A DNA stretch of 64,000 nt, taken from the NCBI GenBank assembly GCA_000934665.2, contig KZ538211.1, positions 1 to 64,000 on the forward strand. Reading direction: 5' to 3'. The notes beneath the pieces are model-generated. The model was not told where the DNA came from. It ran no database searches and saw only the letters and a list, made by a program, of their open reading frames with translations. This document shows positions 1 through 14,094 of this stretch, one piece after another. Source of the stretch: Catajapyx aquilonaris (lineage: Eukaryota). Made by a program: the position numbers and the translations under genes. Within the stretch, counting starts at the first letter, position 1. Each line of letters begins with the position of its first letter.

Positions 1-55
1 AGTACACTTGCATTGAAGCTACGTGCCCTGCACACCAAAAGAGCGTTTATGTTCC

Positions 56-152
56 TGTGCGCATGCGTAGAAAGCAGTGGCTCCGCCCCAGTCGCCCCTC
101 TGCGCAAGCGCACTGCTTCTAGCGCATGCGCAGAAAGCAGTGCGCATGCGCA
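56..152. repeat. GC-rich palindromic cluster with repeated GCGCATGCG(C) and AGAAAGCAGTG units
   Basis: gcgcactgcttct-agcgcatgcgc-agaaagcagtgcgc (108-145) is an imperfect palindrome. TGCGCATGCGCA at 141-152; GC box ctccgcccc at 81-89. Confidence 0.6.
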
Positions 153-3100
153 AACGGACGAGTTATACATGCATAGGGCATCAGATACGATTTCAACCAG
201 TATGAGCAGCAAAATTGCGCGTATTCACAGTTCATAGTGCGACATGACTTATTCCTTGCATTCATGCAACTGGTACTAAATAACTTTTGAGGCGTGCAAA
301 TTTTTAAAAAAATAAAATGCAACGGGGCGTACCAGAGGGCAGTAACATTACCGGCGGATGACGGGTGTAATTATATACGGGGTTGGGTTATGTATCATTT
401 GCATGTACAACTTTCCAAACTGGGAGTGTCTGTAAAACATTGCGCGTGGAACAGTTCAATAAATTATCATCGTTACAGCTTCCCCCCATGGGACAGAGCT
501 CTTGATTATTTTATGCACACTGTACAGTACACACACACACGTGTTGGTAAACAAAACGCATTAATAAGTGCATTAATAAATATTGAAGCGCTTGGCAATT
601 AATATTCGTGGCGGCCCGCTACTGTTAAATATTACAGGAAGTGACCGCCACTAATAAAATGCGCCCCGGTATGTCAGAGGTCGACTCCGCCCATTTCAGA
701 CCAGGGTGTCCAATCGCAAAATGCATTATTCGTACAACTATAGTCCTTACAAACTGTTTGGTAACAAGGAGTTTGGGCCCACAGCACAAGGCACGCCCGG
801 GCAGATCCATCCGTAAACAATGGAGTATATGGTTGGCGGTTTATGATAAATGGAGAGACAGATTAGGGGGGGCTGATTGATACTGGTGACCTCTGACCCC
901 CGGGCCTCTTTCCCTCCCCCTACTCTATCGAAAGTGGGACTCAATCATCTGGACTGAATCCGTTGGTGGCGAGTCCTGATAAGCTTTAATGGAAATCTGC
1001 CACTACCTTTTTCCACTAGGCCTCCGTGTCCGACGGACGGGGGGAAGGGGCAGGGAGGGAGGGAGTCTCCCCTGTAGCCCCGGATTAAGGACCCCGGATT
1101 ATTGCCCCGATTGCCTCTCTGCCCCCACCACCTATTCTTCTGGCTTCTGTCTGACGGGACACAAAAGACAGTCCAGGGCCTTTTCCAGGGATGCTGGACA
1201 CCTCCTGTCCCCCCCTCCGGATAAATTCAATCTCCGCCCCATTGTTTCCTAGGCCCTGCATCGTCCCTCCCGGATTCGGAAAAAGCCTTCTCTCCGGATA
1301 GCTACTCCTCTGCTTATAAATACGGGGGATCCCCCCAATCAATTTATCGCCACTTCCGCTCAATGCGACTTGTTGGGATTGCGGATTTCTTTCTGGTCCA
1401 CTTTTGTGCAGAAACAATGTGTATATTACACACTTTAATTAATGCACCAAGACAGATATTAGACGCAAAAATCGTCACAGCGTACCAGCACATTTCCAGT
1501 GTGAGTTGCGAGTCCTGGTATGGCAACAATTGCACGGATGAAAGCGGGCTCCCTAAAAAGGATTGATTTTTAATTCTGTTTCAGGTGGAGTGTGGCTTGA
1601 TCCTAATCCACCTTCCCCATCACCCCCCATCCCCCAAACGCGGTTTTGAAGTCTGGTCTGGATCTGTCAATAACTGTCCGAATCCCAAAAAGGGGGTATC
1701 CTTTGACATGATGTATTGTAGCAGTAATGCCATTATTGTGGGCTATAGAGGGGGGGTCCGAAGAGTTTTAATTGCTGCGAAACGAGGTTTTAAACCGAAT
1801 CTGACGTGACAAGCACAGACCGGTGCACACGCTTTATCTATTTGTGCAGGATGGTGTATAGGTCGAGAGGCAATAAAGCGGATTTAAAACGGGGTGGATT
1901 AGGCGCTCCATCAGTCGCGCAAGCGCATTCCCGCAGAGTGCGCGTGATGCGCAACAACGGGGCTGGGAAACGTGCGTGCGCACTTCCGCGTGTGCACGTA
2001 AGGTTCTATACCAGTGTTTATCAGCACAATTGGCGAATTCCCTGTCCCTCTGCTGCTGGCTGTGTACTGACACCATTGCGACTGAGCCGGGAGCAGACCA
2101 CAATGGTGTTTGTGTTATGAAAACAGTGGGAGTCGTTCTGTCGCAAAATCGCAGGTTATTCCATCCGGATCGAACCGCACTTGCGTACGAATTTGTCATA
2201 ACAATGGGCCCCCCTCCCCACCCCCCTAAAATTCCATCCCCCCTCCCCAACCCGTGCAAAACACAATATCAAAACATTGCAGCCAGCAGGTATGTCGTTA
2301 TAAATGACTCGCAATTTGATATGGATATGTCCTATATGTGCCGCACTATCCCTTGATTCCCTAACATTGCCATGTGCAGTATAGAGCAATGAAGGTCCGT
2401 TCGGCATGAAATTTGGTGGTAACTATCAAGCTGAATGTTGCTAATTACCATTGTGGGCTCCCCCCCTTTTGGTTTAATCAGTTTTTCGCACCAACGCCGG
2501 GTTGTCTCCCGTGAACGGGGTCAGCCAATCGTGAAAAGAATACAAAGGGACACATAATGCCCCCCCTCTATACCTATACCTCCCCCACTGGACGTTGTGT
2601 GTGTGTCGAATACCCCACATGTTATGTATGTATGTAGCAGCACAGTGTCAAAGACAACCGCATGGTGCTGTACAATGTACCGGCACCATCGCGCACTACA
2701 CGTAATTGCTGCTGATGACAACCTCCATCTAAGCAGCATATAGCTTCGTGAATAGTAGCCACATGAAATATTCGGGTGTAAAATGCTATCAATGGACCGT
2801 CCGTCTGGCTGACTGGCATCTCTCTCACCCAGTGCTGGACGGAGAGGATCCATCTCATTTGGGAGCCGAAAATCTCTCTGGGCATCACGTGTGTATGTAC
2901 GTGTACATGTCGCGCAGTAATTAAGCGATTGCAGCCCGGCTCACATCGGACCAGTCAAAGCCTCTGCCTCTCTCCATACGCATATACATACACCATGGAG
3001 CGTACTATTAACACTACTAGAACGGGGCTCTCTGCCGCCTCTGTTGGATTACATCCCTGATTTCATCAGCAAACGGTTTACGCATGCTTGGACACCCATG

Positions 3101-3470
3101 CCGGATCACATTTACGCGGTTTATACCACCGCGCCACTCGCTCTAAACCCTGTCTGTCTGTCCGTCCACATATGCGCGCAGGTCGTACGTGTGTGGTTAT
3201 CAGTCCGACTTCCTATATAGGGATGAGCTCACACGACTATAGAACGTATTTGTGCCGATTCGCGTCGTAATGGATGGAAAGAGGCAGAGGATCAGTCTGG
3301 TAGATTCCGTGGCCTTCAATTAGGAGAATTAGGCAGGAATTCTCCCCTCCTGGGTCTTGCCTGCTGGCTGGTTACCACCCATCATCATCCTCGAAAGAAG
3401 CGGGTCCCGAGCACGAAAACGCAACCAAACAAGAAGCTGCAACTAGTGTGTGCATAAGAAAGAAGAGGTT

Positions 3471-3522
3471 GGGTGGGTGGGTGGGTGGGTGGCACCCTCC
3501 CGATCCATCCATCCATCCATCC
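3471..3522 (+). repeat. (GGGT)5 followed by (ATCC)5 tetranucleotide repeats
   Basis: GGG runs at 3471-3489; ATCC units at 3503-3522. Confidence 0.9.
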
Positions 3523-4197
3523 AGTATGTAATAATTTGAGGCATGCAGAGATGGAATAAGGTAATTGAGGGGAGGCTCGTATGTCTTCACCTGCCTCTGG
3601 GTGCAACCCATCAACTCGGCCTGAGTAAACACTGGGGCCCAACCAAACCACCCTTCCCTTAGCTGGGTGGCCTCGTCTCATTCGACTCATTTTATCCTTT
3701 GCCAGCCCGAATGTTTTTCGATATTACTCCACATGTTTTTGGGCCACCCTGGGCAAGCACCCACCCACTCATCCTCCTCCAATCTCTTCATTTCACAGTG
3801 TTACACGGCCACTGTAAATAGAGGTCAATTACTGCACACTTCTCTCGTGTTTCGAGCAGGCTTTGAACTAGATACACCCATTGAATTGGGGGGTGAGTTC
3901 AAAGAGAATAGGATTGGGTGTTGGGGGGGAAGTATACAGTGCTTCACTCCACCCACCCACCCACAGAGTTTGCAAGAAACTTGTCGGGGCCCAACAGAAA
4001 GGTCTAGGAAATTGAAGGGTTATGTCGAGGGAGCCCTCTGCTGTGTTTTGGAGCTTCAAAGGGATCCAGAAATCCAAGTGTGTTTCAATCTGGGTGGGTG
4101 GAGTGGGTGGGATGCTTTAGATATCAAATGTCATTAAGTTGGGTGAAAGCGCCATCCATCCAGCAGAGGCCCCCGGGGGTCTTTGAAGAGAGAGACA

Positions 4198-4199
<2 letters not shown>

Positions 4200-4251
<52 letters not shown>
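4200..4251. repeat. (CT)26 microsatellite
   Basis: Directly visible. Confidence 0.95.
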
Positions 4252-4254
<3 letters not shown>

Positions 4255-5231
4255 CTTCTCTTCTTCCCTTTCGCACTACTACTTCACAGGCACGCGCTCT
4301 GCTCAATTGCACGTCCTTTTACACTCTCTCTGTACTGCAATACCTCTCTTCACGTACACAAGATTCCAATCTTCGGACATTCTTCTCCGCGGGTCTGGCA
4401 CAAAGGGGGGAGGTTGGGTTATGTAATTGCCGGCTTGTCCTAATCAAGTGGAGACGAGTTTAATTTCTGACAAGACTCCAGGGTATTATTATCGCTTGGA
4501 TGGGACAAGGACTCCAGCAACTAATTTCATTACCAAGGGGCAGGTTTGGCCAAGATTAATTCCTATACTCGAGGGCCTCCCCGGTTCGGACCATCATGGT
4601 TTGGATCGTGCCTAATAATTTGATTACTGCAGTTCTAGGAATAAATTGAGCCCAAAAAATTCGTTCCCCGCCACTATTCTGGACCAGACTGGGGAGGTAC
4701 ACATGTCTGGTTGGGCATCACGGTGGGTGTGTTTCCAATGAATTTTCCGGCTGCCTGACCCGAATCGGAGCGCAACAGACACACGCACACCCCAGTATCT
4801 GTGTGTGTGTGTTTGTCCCCTGCCTCCATTGCGACGTGCTGTTGACACACGAGACGCGACTGGCAGCGCTGCACAGTTACTAAACCGTGGGTACAGCCTC
4901 GCTCCGAAAGCAGACTTCGCTTTGCGAGCAGATCAATCGCTTCGATTGGCCCACCGATAATTATTTGGACACACTGTCACTCCTACCAGGATAAGTGCTC
5001 AATTACGTCAGCAGTTACGTATGTAGCTGTTTAATAATTTAGTTAAAAAGGAGCGTGACGGTGCGTGACAAAAATAATATGGATGAACGTACTTCATGAA
5101 CCTTCGTACTTTCTAAATGGGAGCTAAGCTAATATTTCACTGTCGCCAGTTCCCACAATGGAGAGAGGGCTGGAAATTAGACATCTCCCGAGATATTTAT
5201 AATAATAAAAGGTAGGGGAGGGGGGGGGGGG

Positions 5232-5309
5232 NNNNNNNNNNNNNNNNNNNNNNNNNNNNNNNNNNNNNNNNNNNNNNNNNNNNNNNNNNNNNNNNNNNNN
5301 NNNNNNNNN
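5232..5309. other. Assembly gap (78 N) between a G run and a C run
   Basis: Directly visible. Confidence 0.99.
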
Positions 5310-5471
5310 CCCCCCCCCCCCTCCCTGCCCCCGATGCATGCATGAAATCCGGAGTGACAGTCTGGCATGAAGACATTCACTGAATGGAAAGGGCTGTTGA
5401 ATTCCGTCAATCGCGTCCAACAATGCTCTGGGATTTTTTGTGTGTGTGTGTACACGACAATGTTGCAGATG

Positions 5472-5485
5472 GTTGCCTAGGCAAC
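5472..5485. promoter_or_regulatory. RFX X-box, perfect palindrome GTTGCCTAGGCAAC
   Basis: Exact match to the GTNRCC-N2-RGYAAC consensus. Confidence 0.45.
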
Positions 5486-8400
5486 GCTGCTGGCGACGTT
5501 GCCAGGTGGTGAGAGAGCACGTGTTGCAGTGGTGGCGAATAGCAATTTCAAGGGGAAAGGATTTTTGGTTAGGCCTGTTGGGGCAGGCTGCAAGAGAGAA
5601 ACGTTCGTTCGAAGCGAGAGCGAGAGAGTCCCTGGTCCCAGGCAGTAGTCAGCAGACTCACGCTTCGTTTCCCTTGGAGCGAAGCAACGTGGCGCAAAAA
5701 CGAGCTGCGAGCCACGCCAACTGCAAATCACAACCCATCCTCCCTTAACCACTGCCGCTGACTAGACCTGCCCAACAAGCGACCAAGTCACATTCGACCC
5801 AGGTCGACACCTATCAACACTCCAACTAACTTTTAGGCAGAAAAATATTCAGTTACTTTCGCTATATGAAAATTATCAAAAATAGGGAATTTCGAGCTAT
5901 TACGACCCAATACTGTCTGCTTGGACCAATCACATTGGACGGAGGGGGGTGTCGAGAAGCAGCCCAAATAAATGAATGACTTTTTGCCCCCGTTTTCCAG
6001 CCAGCTTCCACACACATTAATTTCGACTGTCAGTTAACAATCTAGACGTTTCATATCCGGAAGGCGCTCCATTCTTTTCACTCTTTTTTTTCTCTCTCTT
6101 CCGGAGATACATGGCAGCTCTTCTCAAGATCCTTTTATTCCTCGCTAATTACACTTACCCCCACGGGGCAAGCACTACCAAAAATTCCATGCAATCAAAC
6201 AACATGGCGGCCGAATTTTAACGTTCGGTGCTGCAACCGGCCGATTCCCGTTGGACTGATGATGACCATCGCTTTCCTAATTAGAGGTCATATTCGCCAA
6301 GTTTTGTCGTCTTTGTCCAGATATTTATTGCGCTCCTGATGCTCATTAGCGTCTTAAGTCGGATCGTAATTTAACGTCGGGCTCTCTCTACGCGCACACT
6401 AATCCGAGGGAGTCGAAGTTACAAAAAAAAGAGAGAGAAGAAGAAGGAAACAACTCTTGGGGGCGTCCACACAAGGGAAAAACAACATAATTTAGTTTAG
6501 TGGTAATCTCCGGGGGAATATATCAGTTAAAGTGTACACGACAACGCCTTAATGGTCAAGATCTGGTGGACGCAGAGTTACGAGCCGGCCGTGTTTAAGA
6601 GTCGTTACAATGGCTCTTTATGGCGACCCCCCTCCCACCCTTCCATTCCTCCCAGGGGGGGCAACATTACAATCACCCAACAACCACAACGGTCGGTGCA
6701 TGTGTAATTATTCCTCTCTCTTCTCCCACTCGGAATACTAAATTTTTATTGGATGCAATTAAGTACTCGACGTGTTACGTTTTGAGACAAAATAATTAAT
6801 ACTTCCGTCGTCTTGTGTACTTTTGCCTTAATCAGGTTGGAGTCGTTATCATTTTTCAAGGGATGGAAAATTGCGCGTGGGTTGGTGCCACTGTTTGCTC
6901 CTCGCATTGTTATAGTGAAATTAGTGTTATGACGTAAACTTGTCACCAGCCGGTTTATTTTCCCAGTGTCAGCCCGCCGTTAAGAGAAGCCAGCTAATAG
7001 CAGCAACATCACGACATTTCCCTATAAAAGTAGCAGACGGCGATAAAGCGGCTAATTAAAAAGAGAGACAAGGACATTACACGCATATTTCGATGCAATA
7101 GAATGCATTTTATATTCAAAAAGCTGATAAATAGACGGCAGGCCAGTGCCAGGTGCATGGGGTCTAGGGACACGAATGAAATAATTACCAAATATTGAAA
7201 CATCCGAGTGGCCCATTAGGACCACAGGGTCCAAGGCAGTCGACTGGGAATTAAAGTACACCAGTTCGTGCAACTGGCACCATCAGTTTATTTCAACATA
7301 AACATTTTTTATACTATACTTGTCGTCCGGATGTCCAGTTTGGGAAATCCGCATATGTTTCATTTTTACTCGAAAAATATTTATTATAATATACACCACC
7401 ATAATATTTGTATAGTCTGTTGAAGATGCTGTAGCACTTTCTTTTACGCGAGATTAAATGCTGGAAAATAGGCCACGTTTAAAGTTTGGGCAAAAATGAA
7501 AAGTTTTGCTTATTGCCTCTCTTTTGTCTGGAAGAGACCTACTTTTCTCCTTGGGACTACCCCAATTTGAAATATCTGAAGACAGCTGGGTTTTGACCTC
7601 ACATTTCGGCGCCAACATGAATTGTCAAAATGCCAGGACCTCCCTCCTCCTGAGTGATTCTCCCACCATCCTTGGCATATACTATATAATAAAAAAAGAG
7701 CCAAGTGAAAAGCTGCGACATTCCAGAGCTTCTTCTTCCCCCAGGAAACAAAGGGTTTTGGGGAGGGCGCGTATCCTCCTTCCCCCGGTTATTTGAAATC
7801 CGGGTGACGGCAAAGCAGAGGACAGGGGGTGGATGGGTGGTCCTGAGAAATGCGGCATAATAGGTTTCCGGGCAAAAGCAGTCTTGCTGATTGAAAGGAG
7901 GAGGGGTTGCTTGATGATAATTGCGCGACCAAGAGGGAATTGCTGAAGGCGTCTCTCCTCTGCTGTTGAGGGAAGGGGGTCCACTTGTTGTATATATCCA
8001 TCGTCCTCATTACTCCTCCGCCGCTCCGATGATCACTTCTGGGATACCCGCTAACTTGCATCGAGTGCACTTGCCTGGATTAATTGTATGCGACGATGCT
8101 CCGCCTTTAAGTCAGGAGCCTTTTGGAGAAGTTTCGAAACATTCTTTGTGTCTGGCATATGTCACCAGGCGCCAGGATTGATTGTTCTCTCCAGCAACCG
8201 ACAGTGGTTACCGGAGTGAACAATTTGCCAAATGAATGGTGAGGGAACGGACTTGAGACGGTTTTCACAGGCTGGCTGGGTCCAAAGTGTGCTTCGGGGG
8301 TGGGGGAGGGGGTGACCGCATCAGAATAATCAAAAAATATTTCTGAGGGGGGGCAGCCCGCAGCAGGCAGGCAATCTTCCAATTAGGATGATCAGTCTAC

Positions 8401-9127
8401 TCAATCACCGCCATCTGAATTGACTACACCAATTTTCCTTCCCCAGGGTAAATTAAACCTGGTCGCATTACAGTCATGGGAGTTTTCCATCTTGATGGAC
8501 TGACTCTAGGCCGACTAAACACGGCTCGAATTAACAAGTCGACGGTTTCTGTGTTTCAAGACTGGAATTTTATGTCTGGAGGAAAAAAATTCGTTATGTC
8601 GAAATTCGGAGAAATAAGAGTGAGAGCCGGATTATAAAAATTGGGGCCATTAAAAGCAATCGTCGTGTCTTGCACCTGGAACTGTGAACCGCATGTGTAT
8701 ACCTGGTGTTAAGCATCCGTCACCTTACACGCCAACGTTCATCGACTAACCGCTGCAACAGCAAATGGAAGCAACAAGAGTGTGCAATTGTCCGCGTGTA
8801 TGCTGCAGGCTATATGCACTCTTGATGGGGTCGGGTTGCACTTCGCTTCTGTGCGTAAAACGACACTTGTGACTCCCCGTCACTCGACACCGTCACCGTA
8901 CACACGCCGCTAATACGCCTCTCAGAAGGTCCTAACACGTCCCGGGGTTTTATTCCCTCATGTCCCGAAGGATATACTAGGATCAGAGGGAATTCCCTAG
9001 GGAATGACGGGAATTGCCTGGGTGAGAAGAGCCCCCTTGCCGACGATTCCTGGTGGAGATGCCTGTGCATCAGAAGCACAGCAGAGAGATGGACAAGACC
9101 AAAGTCCCTCCGCCTCTCTCATTTTTT

Positions 9128-9129
<2 letters not shown>

Positions 9130-9159
<30 letters not shown>
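9130..9159. repeat. (CT)15 microsatellite
   Basis: Directly visible. Confidence 0.95.
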
Positions 9160-9162
<3 letters not shown>

Positions 9163-9706
9163 GGGTGGTGTGGGTGGGTGTCCAGCACGTCTAATTAGCT
9201 CGGGTCAGTTCCGGCGCAAGTCTCGCAGGAAATATGCAGCTCGGCTCATTCCTCACGCTCCGTCAACACTAAGCCGACGCCACTCCAGGTTTTTCTGCCT
9301 GGAAAATTAGTGTCATCTGCACACTCCTTGCTCTGCTGCTGCTGATGGAAATATTCTCCCCCTCCCCTCCCTCCCTGCTCTGAAAAAGTCACCTCTTTTT
9401 GGAGCCGGGAGAGAGGACCAGGCCTTGTCCATCGCGGCGTCAAAAAGTAATTCCCGGCTCCCGACATGTGTAGGGACATATTCAGCAGGGAGGGCTTACT
9501 CCATATATGCCATCAGTCCAGGTCATGCATCTCCCTCTTGCGCCTCATGCACGTCACCACAAAAAAAAACACGCCTCTCGATGTGGTCTAATGCAATTTC
9601 CTGGACATGCTTCTGTCATCCGGATTTTTCCCCCCCTTTTGTAAAAAAAAATACGGGTGGGTGGCTCATTCAGTGTTATGGTAATCAGACACCAGGTTTT
9701 TTTTGG

Positions 9707-9755
9707 CTTCATCACTCCCGACACTCTTCATCACTCCCAACACTCTTCATCACTC
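9707..9755. repeat. 19-bp tandem repeat, ~2.6 copies (cttcatcactcccRacact)
   Basis: Units start at 9707, 9726 and 9745. Confidence 0.85.
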
Positions 9756-11021
9756 TCCGAATGCAAGAACGGCCTAAGGTTTAGCCCAAGTGCATTCTGT
9801 TGTACAACAACGTAAGTTCGCATTTCCCTCCCTGCGCAAGTAGCTGTTGGACACACCTGTCCTCAACAATGCGAGGCCAGGTGCTCGCAATAAGGCAAAC
9901 AGTGGGCGTAGGCCTTGTGACAAAAGGGCAGCAAGCAGCGATGGATCTCGCATGATTGGATTATAAATTTCGCGGGGGGACTACTCCTGCTGCTTGATGG
10001 TAGAGAGAGTAATTAAGGCGAGGCTTCCCCGGCAACTTAAAATATGATTATTACAGGGAGCAAATAATCTATTAGGCTCATCGCTTCCGTATGGCCCGCA
10101 CCTGTCTTTCCCATCCTAATTGCCCAGTGAATTCGGCCAACCTGCCCTATTCAGACAGACCCGTGCCCGGATCGGTCCGGACCATTCCGGATGATGCAGG
10201 CGTTAATTAGCATAATGATCCAGGTCCTCTTTTTTGAAGCCATAACACCTAGGGCGTCTGCTCAGCAAAGGTAATGCGCTATCGGGCCTGGACCGGCATC
10301 ATTCTTTGTGATAAGGGGGTACTCATCCCTCCTACTTCAAACACTGCCAAAATCCGGGTAAAACCCCATCTTTCACCCTCTCTCGTTGCCCATGTTCTAT
10401 GGAGGCTGCAAACACCCCCTCTCCTACGTACAAAAAAAAAAGTTGATTAAAGTAATGTGGGGCAACAGAGAACCCTCATTAGGGATGATCCAGCTCGGGA
10501 CCTGGGGCAATGCTTTGCACTTCCCCCCGTAATCCATACATGCATCATACTCCTCAGCTCAATGCTCGATGCAACTTACACACGCATGCATAAAAAAAAA
10601 TGGCGCATCCGGGGCCAGCCTAACCGTATGTATTAGCACCGTACATGAAATAAAGCCAACCGGAGGGGGCTGGAGAAAAAAAAGAAAAAAAAACAGGGAC
10701 TGAAAATGGCCTGGGATGGAAGGGAGGCGGAAAAAAAAGGTTTCATTGTTGGCCGATTTTGCGGGGGAGAGGGAGAGTATTCGCCCCCCTCTCCCCCGGT
10801 TTGGGCGAAATTACAATTTGGCCAACCGAGTGCGTCACTAATTGGAGATCGGTACGCCGGATATTGGTTATCAAAGGCTCTGACAGTTTAACCGTTATAG
10901 GCCATAATAGAATTTTTCCCCCCGTCTCTCTGTGCTTTTTCTGGTCTCATACTCTCCAGCAATAATAGATTAAAAACCGGAGATTAAACGCTTCAGTAAA
11001 AATTAATCTGTTCCAGCCCCC

Positions 11022-11554
<533 letters not shown>

Positions 11555-12722
11555 GACGGTACCAAAGCAAGTATGCCAAAATTATCTACGCTTTGCGTGA
11601 AAGGAGCATTAAAACCCGGATAGAGCTCATCTCCCGGCCGCCTCTATTACACGCTGAGAAAGTTGGCTGCTGCCGGATGTAATTATTACAATGATCCAAT
11701 TCCCATTAGACTTGTTTTCTTGTTTACGGCCAAGTCCTGCTGCTGCTGGTCCCTGATTCTGCCAAAGCCACTTCTTTTTTTAAAAAGGGGGATCAAAATG
11801 GCTTCGAAGTTGCCTGTTCATTAATTTGGCTGGCATTTAGGTCCCGGGCAGCTGGGGCAACAATGCCAGCCTATTAATTAGTGCAGGGGGCCCCTGCGAC
11901 CTTGACACCCTGTGATGTGTGCCAATCAGCCAGCAGGAGAAATCTTTAATTATTTTGTCGAGAGGGGCACCCCGCGAGTGGCTACCTGGCGACCACACCC
12001 TTGATTGCATTGCTTGTTAGCGCACCCAAACATAATGGAAACATCTCTGGATACGCCCCTTCAGACCATTCCAATTTGACGTTTCAATTTGGCCCGCTGC
12101 TGATTTATGCGATGGAAGGTGCCGCGCCAACCGATCATGACTCGACAACTTTCCGATCCAGTCAACAATACAAATGCTCCAGATAACAATGGGTCCGTCG
12201 CGCATTGGACCAGCCTCTCAACGCAGAACAAGCTCAATCCTGTCATGAGAGTCGAGCGCAACAATGGCAACCACAAATAATGAGAGCATTTTCTTACCTG
12301 GTTGCTGAGGCGACAGGATTGTGGTAGGTGACCTTCCCCGGACACTGGGGTATGACCCGGGAGCTAACCGCGTCGCGAGCACATCCGGCACATGCTGCAA
12401 TTAACCTGATAATGCTCGACGCACTAAGCGGCAGGGTTAAAAATTGCGCGGCAGGAAAATGGGACTGCGGAGGAAGGAGGGAATCAACAGGGTCAAATGG
12501 CTCAAAGGTTAAAACCATCTCGGAATGTTACATGGGGTAGAGGTAACATGCTGGAAATAGCCAACACATTGTAATATTACAACTCCTGCCAATTAGTTTC
12601 GAAGCAATGCGCTGTTCTAAAAATAATACTAAAAAATTGAGGGGAAAATCTGGTTGTTGGATTTTGTCAAGCACACCCTGTCCAGAAATGAAAACAGAGT
12701 TCAGGATGACCTGAAATTTTCG

Positions 12723-12728
12723 TTTATT
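12723..12728 (-). terminator. Probable LSD1 polyadenylation signal AATAAA (3' UTR ~1.1 kb)
   Basis: On the - strand the AATAAA is preceded by UGUA elements (tattttgtat, attgtaa) and followed by a U-rich element (ctctgttttcatttct). A second AATAAA at 13397-13392 may be a proximal site. Confidence 0.5.
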
Positions 12729-13822
12729 GAATATTAAAAATGACACAATATTCCAGCTTGGCTTACGCTTATACAAAATAGCTGCTTCGGACGAACAACT
12801 TACAATTTGAAATATTACATAGTAACTTATACACCTACAGAAAAATTGAACACAAGAGGTCGCAGATGTCTCCAAATGCTTGCGAAATAGTACTAAAAAT
12901 GGCCCACATGGAAATCTATATACAACAATTTTAAAATTGATTTAATACCCCATCTACTGAATAAGTAGTCTGCGTACGAAACGAAAGATAATTAAATATT
13001 GCGTGTGTGCATGACAGTGTAACTTATAATTACTAAATGCACCGTTTCATCCCAGCATCCACCAGTTCCCCCCGCTATTAAACACGACTCTTTGAACCGG
13101 GGAAAAAATCCAAGTTAAACGAATTTCGCCTTCCAACGTGAAATTCGTGGCAGTGCATTCACACAACATTCATGAACGGTGCAATATTCGTAACAATATT
13201 TGCACCTTGGCTGCAAGGGGGTTGTTGCCTTAGTGTTCCAGCGAGGCTACATAAATGTGCTTAACAGAAACGTTTCAAAATTGTCACGGACAAAATATTT
13301 GTGCTACCTGCACAAAAATGGTGACAAACAGATGGGAGGCTACATAATCTGTTCAAGTATCTCCTACGACGTGTAACCCGATGCTGATGCATTTATTCTC
13401 TTTTTAAAAAAGCAGTGCAAGTACACGTTTCTTAAAATGTCATGAAAACACTACTGGGGGTAAGGTTGTGGAGAGGTTATTAAGGAAGTGCGTGTGAGCA
13501 CATGATGAATCAACATGTGGCACAAATATTTAGTAGCCTTCCAAGAAAAAAAGTGCAAAATTGTGACCGGAAGAGAAACGATTGTTCAGCACACAATTTG
13601 AAAATGAGTGCAATCTGAGGCGGTGGCAACTTCACATGCTTGCTGGAGAGAGTGGCCAAATGAAACACCATCAGCCTGTAGGTAAAAAAAAGGGAATCCA
13701 AAAACGAAACACCAGATGAACGGTGGACACAAAAGGCACGACATGTGAATATGGGGGGCACACAGAGTGAACGGAACAGAAAACGTCTAAACTAGAGGAA
13801 CCTTCCACTAAGGAAGGCGCGT

Positions 13823-14094
13823 TCAGGCAGCTGCCTGCGTGGTGGGGCCGATGTTGGCCAGGCCCCCGGAGCCTCCTCCTCCTGAGCTCTGCTGTGAGCC
13901 CCCGCCGGATGCACCGGCCATGATGCCCGGTGCCCTGGGCCCCCCTGGGGTGGAGCTGGACCCTGGGTTGGTGGCCATGGGCGGAGAGGCGTAGGGGCAG
14001 CCCAGGAACTGGTCGGCGATCCTTCCCGCCTCGCGAAGACCGCTCAGGAAGGCCCCGTGAACAGTGGCCGGATAGTTCCGGATAGTATGCTCCC
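13823..14094 (-). CDS. KDM1A: LSD1/KDM1A terminal coding exon, 272 nt including TGA
   Basis: (G)[31 protein letters not shown] is the C-terminal FAD-binding motif, followed by a G/S/P-rich tail. Acceptor tttatag|GG; stop at 13825-13823. The four exons total 1001 nt and join in frame. Confidence 0.95.

Noticed and set aside
964..1007. Hammerhead-like ctgataag...gaaa flanked by ggtggc/gccact
   Set aside because: The core is CUGAUAA rather than CUGANGA and no stem II forms. A CTGATGA...GAAA near 33649 also lacks stem II.
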